Shown here one piece after another: positions 26,269-40,440 of a DNA stretch of 64,000 nt (position 1 is the stretch's first letter; each line of letters opens with the position of its first letter). Source of the DNA: Octopus sinensis (lineage: Eukaryota); the NCBI RefSeq assembly GCF_006345805.1, contig NW_021833277.1, positions 1 to 64,000 on the forward strand, in the 5' to 3' direction. The notes beneath the pieces are model-generated. The model ran no database searches, had not been told where the DNA came from, and worked only from the letters and a program-made list of their open reading frames with translations. The position numbers were made by a program, and so were the translations under genes.

Positions 26269-27220
26269 ATGCAGCAAGAATTCCAAGTAAATATTTATTA
26301 TATTATTAAAAATTGTAAATTAGGAAGTTGTACTCTTAAAAGAAACAAAACCATATTTTCATCAGGTTGCAGGAATAAGCTCTAAAGGGGAAAAGGATGG
26401 TAGTATCACAAATTTTGTTTAAATATTAGAATTTCTTAGTTATGGAGAAGGAAAGTTATTAAAAAAGTTAAAAAATGATAATCGAGGAATTATGGAAACA
26501 AATTACTACAAAACAGTTTCACAAGCTCCGATTGGTAGTATACAAAATCTTTTGTATACATTCACTGCAGATTATTTTTATACTGTATATTGTAAAGAAT
26601 CTGAGAATTGTAATTTAACAATTAATAAATAATTAATTTTAGATTATGTTTGTCTCGAAGATCTATCAGCAAAATTTCAGAATCCTTCATTAATTGATAT
26701 CAAAATTGGTCAAGTCACATGGGAATCTGAGCTTCAAAGGGAAAAAAAGATGAAAAAATTTCCATTTGCAGATATCATCAAATTTCGAATATGCGGAATG
26801 AGGGTTTTTGTGTCAATACTTAAATTCTAAAGAGATGGTGCCGTTTGATTATTACGACGTTTACGATAAGGAATATGGCCTTCAGCTTACACCCGAAACA
26901 ACTCGTAATGGTGAAAAATATTTATTTTATTAATAATTACAGCATTGAGTCTTTTTTTCGCAAATGGGAGAGAATATTTAAAAATTGTAATACAAAAACT
27001 GAAAGAGCTCCTAAAAATTTTCGAAATTCAAAAAACGTGGAGATTTATCGCAACATCAATTTTAATAATTTATGAAACTGATTTCAAAGAATGCAAGGAA
27101 GAGCAGATTGAAATAAAAATGATTGACTTTGCTCATGCATTGCCTTCTAATGAGTTAGACATGAACTATATAAATGGCCTCACATCCCTTATAACCTATC
27201 TCGAAGATGTTTCTGAATGA
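26269..27220 (+). CDS. IPMK: Inositol polyphosphate multikinase
   Basis: PYFHQVAG, CLEDLSAKFQNPSLIDIKIG (PxxxDxKxG), TSILIIYE and MIDFAH motifs joined by 29-37 nt introns. Confidence 0.85.
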
Positions 27221-27299
27221 TCAATTTTGTTCTTTGGTTTCATTAAAAAATTCCTCAGTTTATTTAATAAATTTAAAAATCCACAATTTCTTTTTAATT

Positions 27300-27565
27300 C
27301 ACGAAAAATATTTTTTGAGTCGCGGCCTTGCCGACAATTCCTGAGGTTTCAAAGGCAAGGGAGACAAACTCAAAGAGTCCGAAATACATAGGGTGAGACT
27401 CGCAGATGTTCAAGTCCAAGCGTAAACAGATCCCGATCCGTAAGGATTCATCGTCCAGTAGTAATCCCGTGCTGGGGATAGGAAGTGCTTTGATCCAATA
27501 AAAAAAAAGAATAGAAATCTTTAAACTATAAAGCAAAGAATCACAACTTATTTTATTATCGAAGT
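27300..27565 (-). mobile_element. Short CRE-derived element (copy 1)
   Basis: WIKALPIPSTGLLLDDESLRIGICLRL fused to FEFVSLAFETSG; shares ~145 bp including a non-coding 5' segment with 29930-30075. Confidence 0.7.
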
Positions 27566-27642
27566 AAAAGAGTTTTTTGTTCGCGAAGTAAATAATAATG
27601 TAAATTAAGTATTAACTTATACTCAAACTATAAGTTAATACT

Positions 27643-28720
27643 TTACGCCAACAAAATGTAAATACGTGCTACCTGTGCTGAAAAAAGGTCTTCACCACGA
27701 GTAACTTGGGGATAATACCTTTCAACCCGGTTAACAAATCCCATTAATTTTTGTGGTGTTAGAACCTTTTTTGCCTCTCCTGCGATTTCTTCCAACATTT
27801 TTAGCCTATATTCAGAAATTGAAGAACCATCCGAAGTTTTCTTATATTTGAGAATTATTGGCATCTTTTCTCTTAGCATTTTTTTACTTCTGCTTTGAAA
27901 GTACTCCAGGCTAATTTAATTGGGTTTAATAAGTAGGAATATGGAGCCAATCGTAAAAGTTCAATATTTTCTTCTTGATCAACAACTGATTCCAATTGAT
28001 TGTGAACAGGAGCATTGTCAATTATAAAAGTGGGATCTTGTACGCCTGAAGACCTGCATTCATTAATTAACTCTTTCATCCAATTTTTACAATCTTTTCC
28101 TCTGTAAGAACCTCTTTTGAATGAAAATTAAACAATGTTGAAGCAGACATTGCACTTATACAATGTAAGTTAGAGCCTCTCGAATTTGGAGTAATGACAA
28201 AAGAACGAGATCCTATTTTTGATCGTTCTTCTTTTCTCTTACAATATAAATTAAAATTGGATTCATCGATCCAAATTAAAGTTCTTCCAGGAGACCTTGC
28301 TTTAAACAAGCAATCCAAATAATATATTCTTTTTTCTTTATTTTCAGGTGAATTTACGTTTGCAACTATTGGTCAACAGGTTTTGAGAGAAATAATTCCC
28401 CATCAAGCCAATTTTTTACTGTTGTAACCGACACAGACATTGAATAATTTTTTCGTATTTTCTCCGCGCATTCTTTCAAAGTGATCTGAGGATCAGTTTC
28501 AATCCAACTGATTAATTCATTTATATTTATTTGATTTTTTTGAATGTCTTTTACCTCCTCTTGGATGTCTTTCTTTATCTTTATTTTCAATCCAAAGATA
28601 AGCTGTTCTCAAATTAACTCCAGGAGAGGAGCATAGAGACTGCCAATCGCCAAAATTTTAATGTGCTTCAATTATTATTTTTTTTGTATCATCATTGTAT
28701 TTTCGATATCTTGTTTTTTC
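27643..28720 (-). pseudogene. IS630/Tc1-family transposase remnant
   Basis: HTH-like DPQITLKEC, WIDESNFNL, FIIDNAPVH and LAPYSYLLNPI, spread over frameshifted ORFs. Confidence 0.8.
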
Positions 28721-28849
28721 AGGCATCAAACAATTTTCGATGTATTTTGACGAAAATTTCTTATATGCAAAATTGACTTTCGTAATTACAAATTTAAAGG
28801 TTGTTATTGACAAATTGATTTTTTCAGATGACATTTGAAGTTTGCCTGC

Positions 28850-29100
28850 GTTTTCCAAGAGGATGCCTGTCGAGCCAAGAGGAGACTACCGAATTCTTCC
28901 GCAATCAGCTCGCAGTGGTTTTGGAAGAAGATCCATCTGCCAGCCTCCAAAGAGGATAAGTTCCAAAGTCATAGAAAAAAACTAAAGTGTATATGGAAAA
29001 CTTTCCAAAACATGTGTGCATCTCAACAAATGTGTTTATTTATGCTGATGACGTTATTATTACGTTCGAGGCAGCCTTTCAGGCGAATTCAGGAATGAAA
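28850..29100 (+). mobile_element. LINE RT remnant
   Basis: IYADDVII motif in a GC-richer patch. Confidence 0.3.
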
Positions 29101-29399
29101 CTAAAAATCTACTTAAATAAAACAGTGGGTGACAGTGAATTACTTGACTCTGTCAATTGAGATGTCACACTCGAGTAGAAGTGCAAAAACCTTACCATAC
29201 ACGATTGACATTATTCGGAAGACCTAATCGTTTTTATACCTGGGAGTCCAATTTTCTGAAAATGGAAAGTGTGACGAAGACATTATTCTAAGGAAAAAAC
29301 GATGTACATAAATGAGCATGTGCCTAATCAAATTTTTCCTGCCCCTGGAGACCCTGCTATTTATTTTCCAGGTTGGTATTCTTCCTGTGGTGATGTATG

Positions 29400-30075
29400 G
29401 GCTGGAAGGGTGAATCTTGTCCCCTTCTAAGGCAAGAATTATAAAACTACTGGAAAAAACGAGGAGATTCGATATCAAGGTGGTTGTGGCGTAAATCTAA
29501 CAGAGAAAATGCCGAGCTGTCACAAAACCTTTCCTATGATTGGTGACCTTGTCCTTTCGAAGGCAAGGGGGCAAACTCAAAATAATCGTGTATTTTGGAC
29601 TCTTTAACTCTTCGGCCTGATCACTGGCAAAGCCCGGGTTGCTGCAAGTTTTGAGTAACATGGTCACCAAGAAGGAGTCGAGGCAGGTGTCGTTCCAAAC
29701 CAGGGACTTGCGTCCCCTGAAGGAAAGGTCGTCATCCCGTCGGGACGCTTATCGTCGCTCCCGGAAAGGCCGACAGACCTTAGAATGGAAGGGAAACTAG
29801 CCGACTTTAAAGTTGAGTGTGGCGAGAAATTCTACCGGCACTCTTTGTACACGACAAGGCGTGGAGCTGTTCTACGAAATTGTGGACCCGCACCGGCAAT
29901 GGTGGGGCTGGCAGATGTTCAACACAAGCGTAAACAGATCCCGATCGGTAAGGATTCATTGTCCAGTGGTAATCCCGTGCTGAGGATAGGAAGTGCTTTA
30001 AGCCAATGAAAAACAAAATAGAAATCTATAAACTATAGAGCAAAGAATCACAAGTTATTTTATTATCGCAATAAA
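29400..30075 (-). mobile_element. CRE-derived element (copy 2), RLE domain remnant
   Basis: WLKALPIPSTGLPLDNESL, CRCG, DKRPDGMTTFP, FAPLAFE. Confidence 0.75.
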
Positions 30076-30989
30076 AACACTTCGGGAGAGGTATATGAGT
30101 TCATTGTTTGCAAGGTAAGCAAAAATGTAAGTTAAATAAACTATAAAAATACTTTGAACCAAACCCTAGTTTTTGATGGCACTTCCGCTTTAAATTTATG
30201 ATGATGAATACAAATTAAACAATTTTCATATTTCTTAGAAAGTACTAAGCTGACAGCAACATGTAGGAGAAAGGATTATTGAATTAAAAACATGGAAAAT
30301 ATTCAGGGGTACATGTACTTATGTAAAGAACAGTGAAAGTCTATTTCTTTTTTCTTTGATAAATGTTGAATTATAAATAAAGTCTTTTAAAGTCGTTTGA
30401 AAAATAATGAGTTATCAAATAAGCCATCTTATAGTAAGGTTCTTGCTGCTTGATGAATCAAAATTAGTTTCTTGCTTGGTCCACTCTTAAAGATATGCAT
30501 AGTATTTGAGTTTGTTACTAAGACGTGAATTATTTTATGGAAAGCAGACTTTTTTGAGTTGGAAAAAACAATCCAGTCGCCTTTTACATAAAACAATGAA
30601 TTTTTGACTAGCTAAAGTAGTCATTTAAATTAATGTTTACTTTTGAAGCGGCCGAAGTTAAGAATAAAAATACTTCAGCCCAAAATGCTGCTTTGTCACG
30701 TTGCGATCCATTTCAGTGTATATTTGTATAGAATTGGCCGAGATGAAAAAACTAAAGACTACTTAGACTGTTGGAAATGGATATACAAAATTCACAGCGA
30801 TCTCAAAGCGTATTTCTTGGCTTGAAACTCAAGACGTGAACAAGAGACAACTTAATACTACAAAACATCCCCTCTCAGTTTAATCTGTCAAAACTCCTTG
30901 CCTACCCTGAGTTAGAAATATAAGACTAGCAAATGCAAAAACAAATAGAAAGATTTTTAATACAGTCAAATAGAACCGAATTTCAATAT

Positions 30990-33900
30990 CTACATCCTGT
31001 TCTTCCATGCAGAAATGAAACTAAAATATTAAATAAAAAATCAAACTCCAATCCGATAAAAAGAGCATCATTATTTACAGCAAAACAATTAATCCCCTTG
31101 TCACTAATTTTAAACGAGTCATTGCACTCCATCGACTCCGAATTCCACACTTTGACCACACTATTCCGACACCCACTAACAAACGCATTCTCCAAAAACG
31201 GAATATCGTGGACACACTGAATACTCCTTCCAGAATGTTCCAGAACATTCCTCTAGAAATATAACCATAGACATCACATTGACTATTCTTAACGAATCCC
31301 TCACATCCCATTTACACACACACCCGTCATGACTTACTGAGAATAGAAAACTCCCAATCACATATAGATGGACAATTCTATCATTGTGGGGAGTGCGAAC
31401 AACACATCTGGGGTGAACATCCCCAAAAGTGTCCCCTTTCACATTAAACACCTTATCAAGTTATTCTCCCAAAATATACACAAAGAGTTCGATCTTTCAA
31501 AGCAGCAATGAGATAAAGAACATCCTCAATGACCACCTCAAGCAAAAATACAATCAAAGAGTCGCACATAAATGTATTGGGACGTGCTTCCATTCTAAAA
31601 TAATGACCCAATGTGCAAACCTGGACAAATCCCAGACATTCACAACATTGGAATGAGAAGAATACAGACTTAGTCTATCCACAGATAACACACAACCAAC
31701 GGCGTCGAACAAGCGTTGGGCATTTCATTAAAACTTTGTGCATTCCTGAATACACTTCCATCAGAACTGACACTCAAAATGTAAAAATAACCAAAAAATA
31801 GAAAATTTCTTTTTAGCAGGCTCTCGAATGTCCCACACCATTGAGCAGTACGAAGCCGTCATGACCACCATCCTCAGTTCGGGGGAAAGGTTGATATTCC
31901 TCGTGACGTGGGGGTATCCACTGTAAGTCTGCACTTCACAAAACGCCTCCAAATCCCACAAATTATTCGAACAGTCTGGAATCAGTTATTGAGAGTAACC
32001 CTTGCTAGAACTCACAAGTCTATCCTGACTGGCACTCATTGACACAATTCCCCCACGTGGCCCTCTTATTTCGAACACATTCTCCAGGAATAAGGACTTG
32101 GGTCCGCTCTTTCCTTCAGAAAAGTGGGAAAACCGAGAACTAAATTTGAGGTATGGACACTACCTCTCCATCGCGTCCTTTATTTTCTGTACATCTGAGA
32201 TAGAGAAAGTGTGACTGGCCGACTTGATGAACATGTGATGAGGCACAGGTACAACACTTCCACTCGACGACGTAGCAATAGTACTAAACATGCAACAACA
32301 GTTCAACCACCTGGACAAAGTGTCAATCATCGAGGGCATGGCAGTCAGTCTGTGTTTTCTTGGAATAACTTCCTAAAACTAAACCAAAATACCAACATCT
32401 TGGACGACACCAACTTGAACTGTCCTGCAGTGTGAATCATAAGGTAATACAGTTCATTAGGATTGGTTGTGGAAGGAATGTCTCCGTCAAATTCATCCTC
32501 GGTCTCTGGGAGGAATATTAGTCACTCAACCTTCTTCATCGTCGAAATCTGGATCAGACACGTCATCTCCGAGGAAACTCAAGTCAATATTCAACTTGTC
32601 TTCGTCGTTGGGCACCAAGTCCATCAGATTGCCATACAATTCCGCCCTGAAACTACTCCGTGCGTCCAATTTGGAAATTCTCGCACGAAGTGCCTTATTA
32701 TCCACAATTGTCTTCTCCAACTGCACAATCTGTCTATTAGTCTACAACAATCAGCCTTCTCGATCATGTTCTCGAGGATATTGACCAGAATCGGCTTGAT
32801 ATCCTCAGAATTCTGTAAGTAATCACATAGACTGGAGGACAACTCGTCGGCAGACCCAAATTCATTCTATACTCATAATTCACTCACTCCACCTTTTTGG
32901 ACATGAAATGTGTTATCTTTGACTGACAATCCTTCACGTGACTGCTTATAAACTCAATCGTAGACTCCACCGAGGATATCTTTGTATCCAGCAAATCAGC
33001 CTTATCCTTCTCGTCATAATTCATAACCAACTGTTTTATGAGCAGGGAGACGTGATCTCTTCTCCCTTAATGATACAAGCCGTTTTTTATATGAATTTTG
33101 TTTCTAGAAGGACTAGAATGTTCTCAAACTACCTTAACCCAACTGAACATGTCCTTTTCTATATTGTTGATTGTCACTTGATGTCCACTCATGTTGGAAA
33201 TCCAATCCTCCACTGTTTTTATGTTCTTGTCGACCAATTCCTTCAATATCTTTCTCCTATCTAAGCATAAATAACACAGTCATACTCGATTTAGTCGCCT
33301 CCACACTGATTAGCCTATTCTTCCTTCTCAGACTCTCAATCTAATTAGTTAATCCACCACACTCCAACATCGGCCTGCTTCCTCTTTAGCAACGAGTCTT
33401 TCTGCTCCAACCCAATTTTTAGACTTCTGTTATCAGACAATGTTCGCTGAAACTTCCTTTCGAGTTGATTGACTTCTTTGGTATGACCCACATCCCTCTG
33501 TCGACTCCGAGTGGCTTCCTCTCTCATTTTCTTCATCATATTGACCTTAAATATATTTCACAATACACCTTTAATTTCTTCATCTCCGCCAATTCTTTCT
33601 TCAGCATTTGAAGGTCCCGCTCAGAAGTGGCAGTGATTTTGAGTTGCTGTGTCTTCTCTCGCAGTAATGACTTGTATTTCTGAACACAACTATTTAATTC
33701 TGCGATCTTCTTCTCACATTCCTCCACTCTCTCGTTAGAACGGACATCCTTCTTGTCTATTGAGTATTACAGAGGTTAATTTACTGCTGTTTCGTCTTGA
33801 TATCAAATCACGTTCTTGCTCCAAGGACTTTATTTTGCTGAGCATTGCTCCTATTTTAGTCTCGTAACAAGTCTCCATCTCTTTGCAGCGAATACGGGAG

Positions 33901-35843
33901 GTTTCAATCACTCGAATCAGCCTTTCTTTCGACTCAATCTCCTGTGCCAGACTGACCATTTGACTGGAATCAGAAATGCCGTCCACAGTCCCATCTCTCT
34001 CAATCAACGTGTTATCTTCCTCTCTGCTCTCCATATCCTCACTTTGTCTAATAAATTAACTAATTGGCTTATTATTTACGTATCAGAACACATTCTTGTA
34101 GATTCCTCTCTTTGTCTGCGCACTGTTTGGATGAGTTGATTAATCTATTAATTCATTTAGACCACTCACATCAGTGTCGGGTGTTTTGTCATCATGTTTG
34201 AGTGACTCCAAATCAAATATTTTATTCCTTCACATTACTCAAATGAGATTACTTGAGTGACGAGTTCTCTTCTATTAGTTCTTTTATGATAATATCCGAA
34301 CAACCCATGTCCTCCCCACCACACACTACACTCAAATCACACAACTCACCTGCCAAATATTCTTCCAGCCTATTTTTATCTGAATTGATCTGAATCTCTT
34401 CAAAACGGGAAATATGACGACTAATTTCTAGCTTCTGTTCACTTATTTGCTGGTGAAGCTGCGAATTCTCCATTTCTAGGTCAATCAGTCTCAGTCTCAT
34501 CCCATCCGAATTCTACCAGTCCACCACAAGTCCAAATACCCCACAACTGGCCAACTCCTTCTGCAATTTCAATATTTGTGTCCGAAGAGTCATAATTTCC
34601 CGACTATTGAGATCTTGGTTGACTGTTGCCTTATTTTCTATATTCTTTGCTCTATTTGCATATTCGACTGTCCCAGTTGTCTCAATACAGTCACGGACAG
34701 AGGGGGAAACACACGCCAACATGACAGTCCGACTATTCCCCCCAAGCGAATCCTGCAATATTCGAGTCAGCTTTGAAGTCCGATAAGGCACAAATGTCCC
34801 TGTCTTCATTTTATCAGCCAAAGCTGAGATTACGTTGCCCAATGCAAACTAGAGTCCTCCAAACACACCAAACCAGTCCACAATTTATAGAAATCCCCTC
34901 CTTTGCCCTCTCTCCGGTCGCACCAGTCCTTTTTAGTCGTTCTGACCCAGCAAGATCCACAAAATTAAATTTAGATGTGAGAATCTCCTTGTGTGACTCA
35001 CCCTGATCCAATCAGACTAATTAATCAACTTTTTCCAACTCAATGACTTTCTCTTGGTTAATTAAAATAGAAAATATTGCATGAGAACGAGAAGATTGGT
35101 TGTTCATGTTAGTACTTCCTGTCGTTCTCTGATCACAACCCATTCTGAGTTGGTTTGTCACTTGTTCCAAGTCAGTCACCACCTTCATGGTTGCCCCCAC
35201 CAAATATATTCCTCCCTGGGAATCCTCGTGGATTTTTATTTGACTTTTATTCTACGATATGACCATTTTGGACTACTTTTGTGCCAATGTCCAACAAATC
35301 TCTGATTTCCTCGTTGTAAATCTGCCAATTTGAACTGACCTGACAAACCTCGACAAATTGGATGGACAGTTTGAATTCTGACTCAGAACGTGCTTTAATC
35401 CCCGAAAATAAATGAGAAAGAGCACGAGGAATTATCCCCACTTGGTCTTCCTTCAAATCCACGTTGAATGACGAGCCCATCGAGAAAGTCTTCCCAGAAC
35501 CGGTCTAAAGTAGAAAGGAGTTATAAAACCTGTCCATATGCGAGGATTGTGGCATTGTAGCCTTCGAAGGACCTACAATTAGATAGGGAAATACCCTTCC
35601 ACTAAATTGTGGGCGATTGAGGAATAGATTTGAGATTGGTTGGATTTGACCCCAAAAACGTGGTCGAAAGTGAAATATTTATTGCCTCCCAACAATATTT
35701 GGGAGGTCTCAGGTAGGACTTTAGTGTAGTAGGGATATTCCTCACATAACTCACTCCCGGTGAGAGGACGGACACTGGTGGTGATTGAAATTTATTTACC
35801 GAATGGCCACCTTAACTTTCGAATTCTCGTTCAATTTATTCAT
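30990..35843 (-). CDS. KIF21: Kinesin-4 family KIF21 (motor, coiled coil, WD40)
   Basis: VKVAIR|VRP, AYGQ|[62 protein letters not shown], coiled coils, then WD40 exons (VWDIR, CKWDVR, VKVWN). Many 20-30 nt introns. Continuity across ~32150-32500 not fully resolved. Confidence 0.88.
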
Positions 35844-36185
35844 TTATTCTACTAATAATAAATATATATAAATGTATAAGATATGGAAAACACTACCACA
35901 ACTTAAAACGACCGCTTGTTCATAATTTATTTATTATTTTATATAATTTATGAATATATATTTATTAATAAGTAAATAATATTTATTTAACCGATAAATT
36001 GGTTTTAATTAAACAGACATTTTTGAATATTAAAGTAGTTCTTCTAACTAATTCATCATTGCTTGGTTACTATAATTAATCAATATTTAACATTTATTTT
36101 TATAAAATGTAATTAAGATGTAGACGATTAGAATATTATAAATAATTTTAAATTAATACAAGTAATATATCACATTGTTACACAA

Positions 36186-37698
<1,513 letters not shown>

Positions 37699-38733
37699 TT
37701 ACTTTTTTTGTCATTTCATTTTTTGTTGTTTATTTTTTCTAATCTGAAGATTATAGTGATTTGACTTATAATTTGCTTTGAACAAGATAATTTGAAAATA
37801 AAAACACAAATTGAAAATCAATCGAGTTTTATTTATAATTGTCAGAAACCTGGAATGAAGTTAATGTTTCTATTTCTAGACTTTGTGGTTAACTTAGTTG
37901 AGAATCTGGACTCATTATTATTTTTATCATTCTACATAACTTCTTCGGACCCTCCTCAGAGAAGTCGGGATCACCTGATTATTTAGTTCTATGATTTTGG
38001 ACGGTGATCTTGGCTATAATAATACATACTCTTCCGGGGTCCCCAGTTTTTGAAAATTATTTTTAGAGTCGAAATTTTTATCACTTGACTCCAAAACGAA
38101 ATATACAACTGAATCTATTAGTGAGATCCTAATAGTCCGATAGATTTTTTAATAGGTCATTAAAATCAGAATCATAAAAAAAGATTATGGAGGATTTTGG
38201 CAGCGGTCTTACATATAAAAGAAACTAAACCGTCAAGTTGATCAAGTAGAAGAGTTCCTCTTGAGTTGAGGCATTGATTTTTAGCCAAATCGGGCTCTTT
38301 GTTCATATCACCACAGATAAAGACATTACTGAGGGAATGGAGGTTTTGTATTGAAGGGGTCCACCGTAGACAGGATGACCAGGAGGGATGTACATGTTGA
38401 TCAGCCTTCTGGTTGGCGCCTGTAGAGACCGTTATAGCCGTCAGCTCAATTACAGGGTCGTTATCGATTAGTGTGTAAGCTTGTGATGTACAGTTAGAGA
38501 AAGGGATTGATTTCTGATAAGGGTTCAAAGGCCCCCGCCATTACGGAGTTCGGTCTGTCGACGGATGTATGAGTACCCGGGAAATCGGGCAGGCGGTTTT
38601 TGGGCGAGAGCTTCGTTTCCTGCACCAAAGCAATGTCCACGTCGTACTTCTCCATGAAGGAACAGAGTTCAGTGGTCTTGTGGGCGATCCCATTAATGTT
38701 TACTTGCAGGATACGAAGTAGGTTCTTCCTGGC

Positions 38734-38772
38734 GGGTCCAGGGTTTTGTTCGATGTCTCCGGAGAGGAGAAG
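38734..38772 (-). other. 2A-like StopGo ribosomal skipping motif LLLSGDIEQNPGP
   Basis: Matches D(V/I)ExNPGP, placed immediately before the APE domain. Confidence 0.9.
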
Positions 38773-38875
38773 GGCGTTGGGAGTGTAAAAGAGAGGCCTT
38801 GGGAGCAACGGCTTCGCGCCTGCTCTGCTGCCACCGACGTCACGGAAGGTATCCGATTCCGACAGGGGGGGGGTT

Positions 38876-38948
38876 GTGGGTCTTTTGGTAGTTAATTCCA
38901 TGAGAAACTATCATTGCCACCACGAGAAGGTGACCCACATCGACAAAC
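38876..38948 (-). ncRNA. HDV-like (nested double pseudoknot) ribozyme at the LINE 5' end
   Basis: GUUUGUC GAU GUGGGUC ACC UUCUCGU GGU GGCAAU GA UAGUU-UCUCAUGGAAUU-AACUA CCAAAA GACCCAC. Perfect 7-bp P2, 3-bp P3, L3 matching UYCHCG*Y, P1.1 GA, 5-bp P4, C-AAAA J4/2. P1 3' strand is one nt short. Confidence 0.75.
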
Positions 38949-39469
38949 ATCCGCTGCCCTGTTCTCCTCCTGTCCGCAGGAAATTGCTGTCCACTCCCCC
39001 GAGGTCCTTTGGGAGCAACCCGCGAAGGCGCTGTTGGTTCTGCTAGCCGCCGGTCTCATACCCTAATGTGAGACCGGGGTTATGCAACAACAACAACAAT
39101 AAAAGAAAGCTCCGACACACAAAAAACGCTTTTTCACAAAAGTGATGATAATTGTGTGTTTTAAAATGTTCTGTATTAAACGAAATATTGCTCTTCTTAG
39201 GCAATAGTTGTTTTATGTTTCAAATCAACATAAAATTAAAGAAGCATTCTCTCCGCTGATTCCAGGCCTTTCCCAAATTCCTTTCTTGCATAAAATTGAC
39301 GAATTTGGTATAAATATAATTATTTCGCATAATAAACAAAACAAAAACATTTAACAAAATCATAAATTATGAAAAACACATTTTTACACAAATCATTACA
39401 AAACCTTAATTTTAAATAACGAATTTTTATTCTCTTCAAAATTCCGAAAAAACTATATTTATTTATCTT

Positions 39470-40030
39470 CTCCCTTGTAAGAAACTTGATGACACACGGC
39501 GAATCTTCAAAAAGACGGCCTGCACACAGAAACTAATAACGACACCAAAGGTCTCAAAGTCCACTAAATAAGCCAAGTTTCTCTCAGTACCGAAACAGTA
39601 AATTGGTGTCCTCAACTACCATAACACCCTTATTCTTCAAATTAAATAAATGCACTGCCAAAAAGAATTTAAAGTTCGTCTCCGCCAACGTGACTATTTG
39701 TTGTAGCCTGAAAATTAATAAATATCCCACCATTTCCACTTCCATCCATTTTGACCCTCTCCAAAACTCTTTTGGTGGAGTAACAAACTAAACAGGGAAA
39801 CTTAAAAGTGAAAATATGACTATACATTTCTAAAAAGCATTGTGGGACAGGCTCAGATGACGCCTTTACTGCATATATGAACACCATCATTATTCACATG
39901 AAGATAGCCTATAATTACAAGAAAACAACCTTTCTAAATATTCTACAATCTTAAAATTGATGAAGCAGGATGGGTTGGACATATTTGGGATGATGACTTA
40001 AAGAAGTTTGAGCAGCTTTTCCAATACCTG
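39470..40030 (-). CDS. Hypothetical tiny-intron gene (3' part)
   Basis: G/T-rich sense strand with plausible 23-28 nt GT-AG introns; exon peptides such as LQQIVTLAETNFKFFLAVHLF and PSFEDSPCVIKFLTREDK*; family not recognised. Confidence 0.3.
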
Positions 40031-40440
40031 CAATAAAATAATTTGTTTTCATTAGAAAATAAAAATTGGTTTTATTTTTTATTATATGTCACAGTCCGAA
40101 TAAAATACGCTAGAAATTTAAAAAATTAGTCTGACTATAGGCTCACAAAATTGGAATGGAATTTCTATTTTGAAAATGGAAAAACATATTTTTGAAAGAA
40201 TGGGCTTAATTTGCGTTTTTTCTGTGAAGATGAAATCGAATTAAAGTGCGTTGAGGTGCAACAATAAAAGTTAGGCAGAACATTACACTTTGGGAGAGAC
40301 CGGTTTTTTTCGAAATTAAGAAATCTCAATTATGGATTGAATAGTGAAGAAATTAAAAATTTCTAAGGTGATTTCGCTTTGTGCTTTCTGTCAAGTAATA
40401 ACTCTTTTCAATAAATATTTTTAGTCGAAAAAATTATAGT

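Larger units (their letters stand above)
38225..39098. mobile_element. Ingi/Vingi-type LINE insertion with inverted 5' segment, 3' end and (CAA)n tail, flanked by 10-bp TSD
   Basis: ATAAAAGAAA at 38215-38224 and 39099-39108. Minus strand 38948-38225 has 5' end, 2A and APE (LQVNING, LVQETKL, GDMN). Plus strand 38950-39066 has the ORF C-terminus (LFSSCP...VLWEQP...*), a 9-bp hairpin and a CAA tail. Confidence 0.88.

Noticed and set aside
39014-39019. Alternative ribozyme P1 strand GUUGCU with a long J1/2
   Set aside because: It lies in the sense-oriented C-terminal coding segment beyond the inversion junction; the compact P1 at 38948 fits the junction better.
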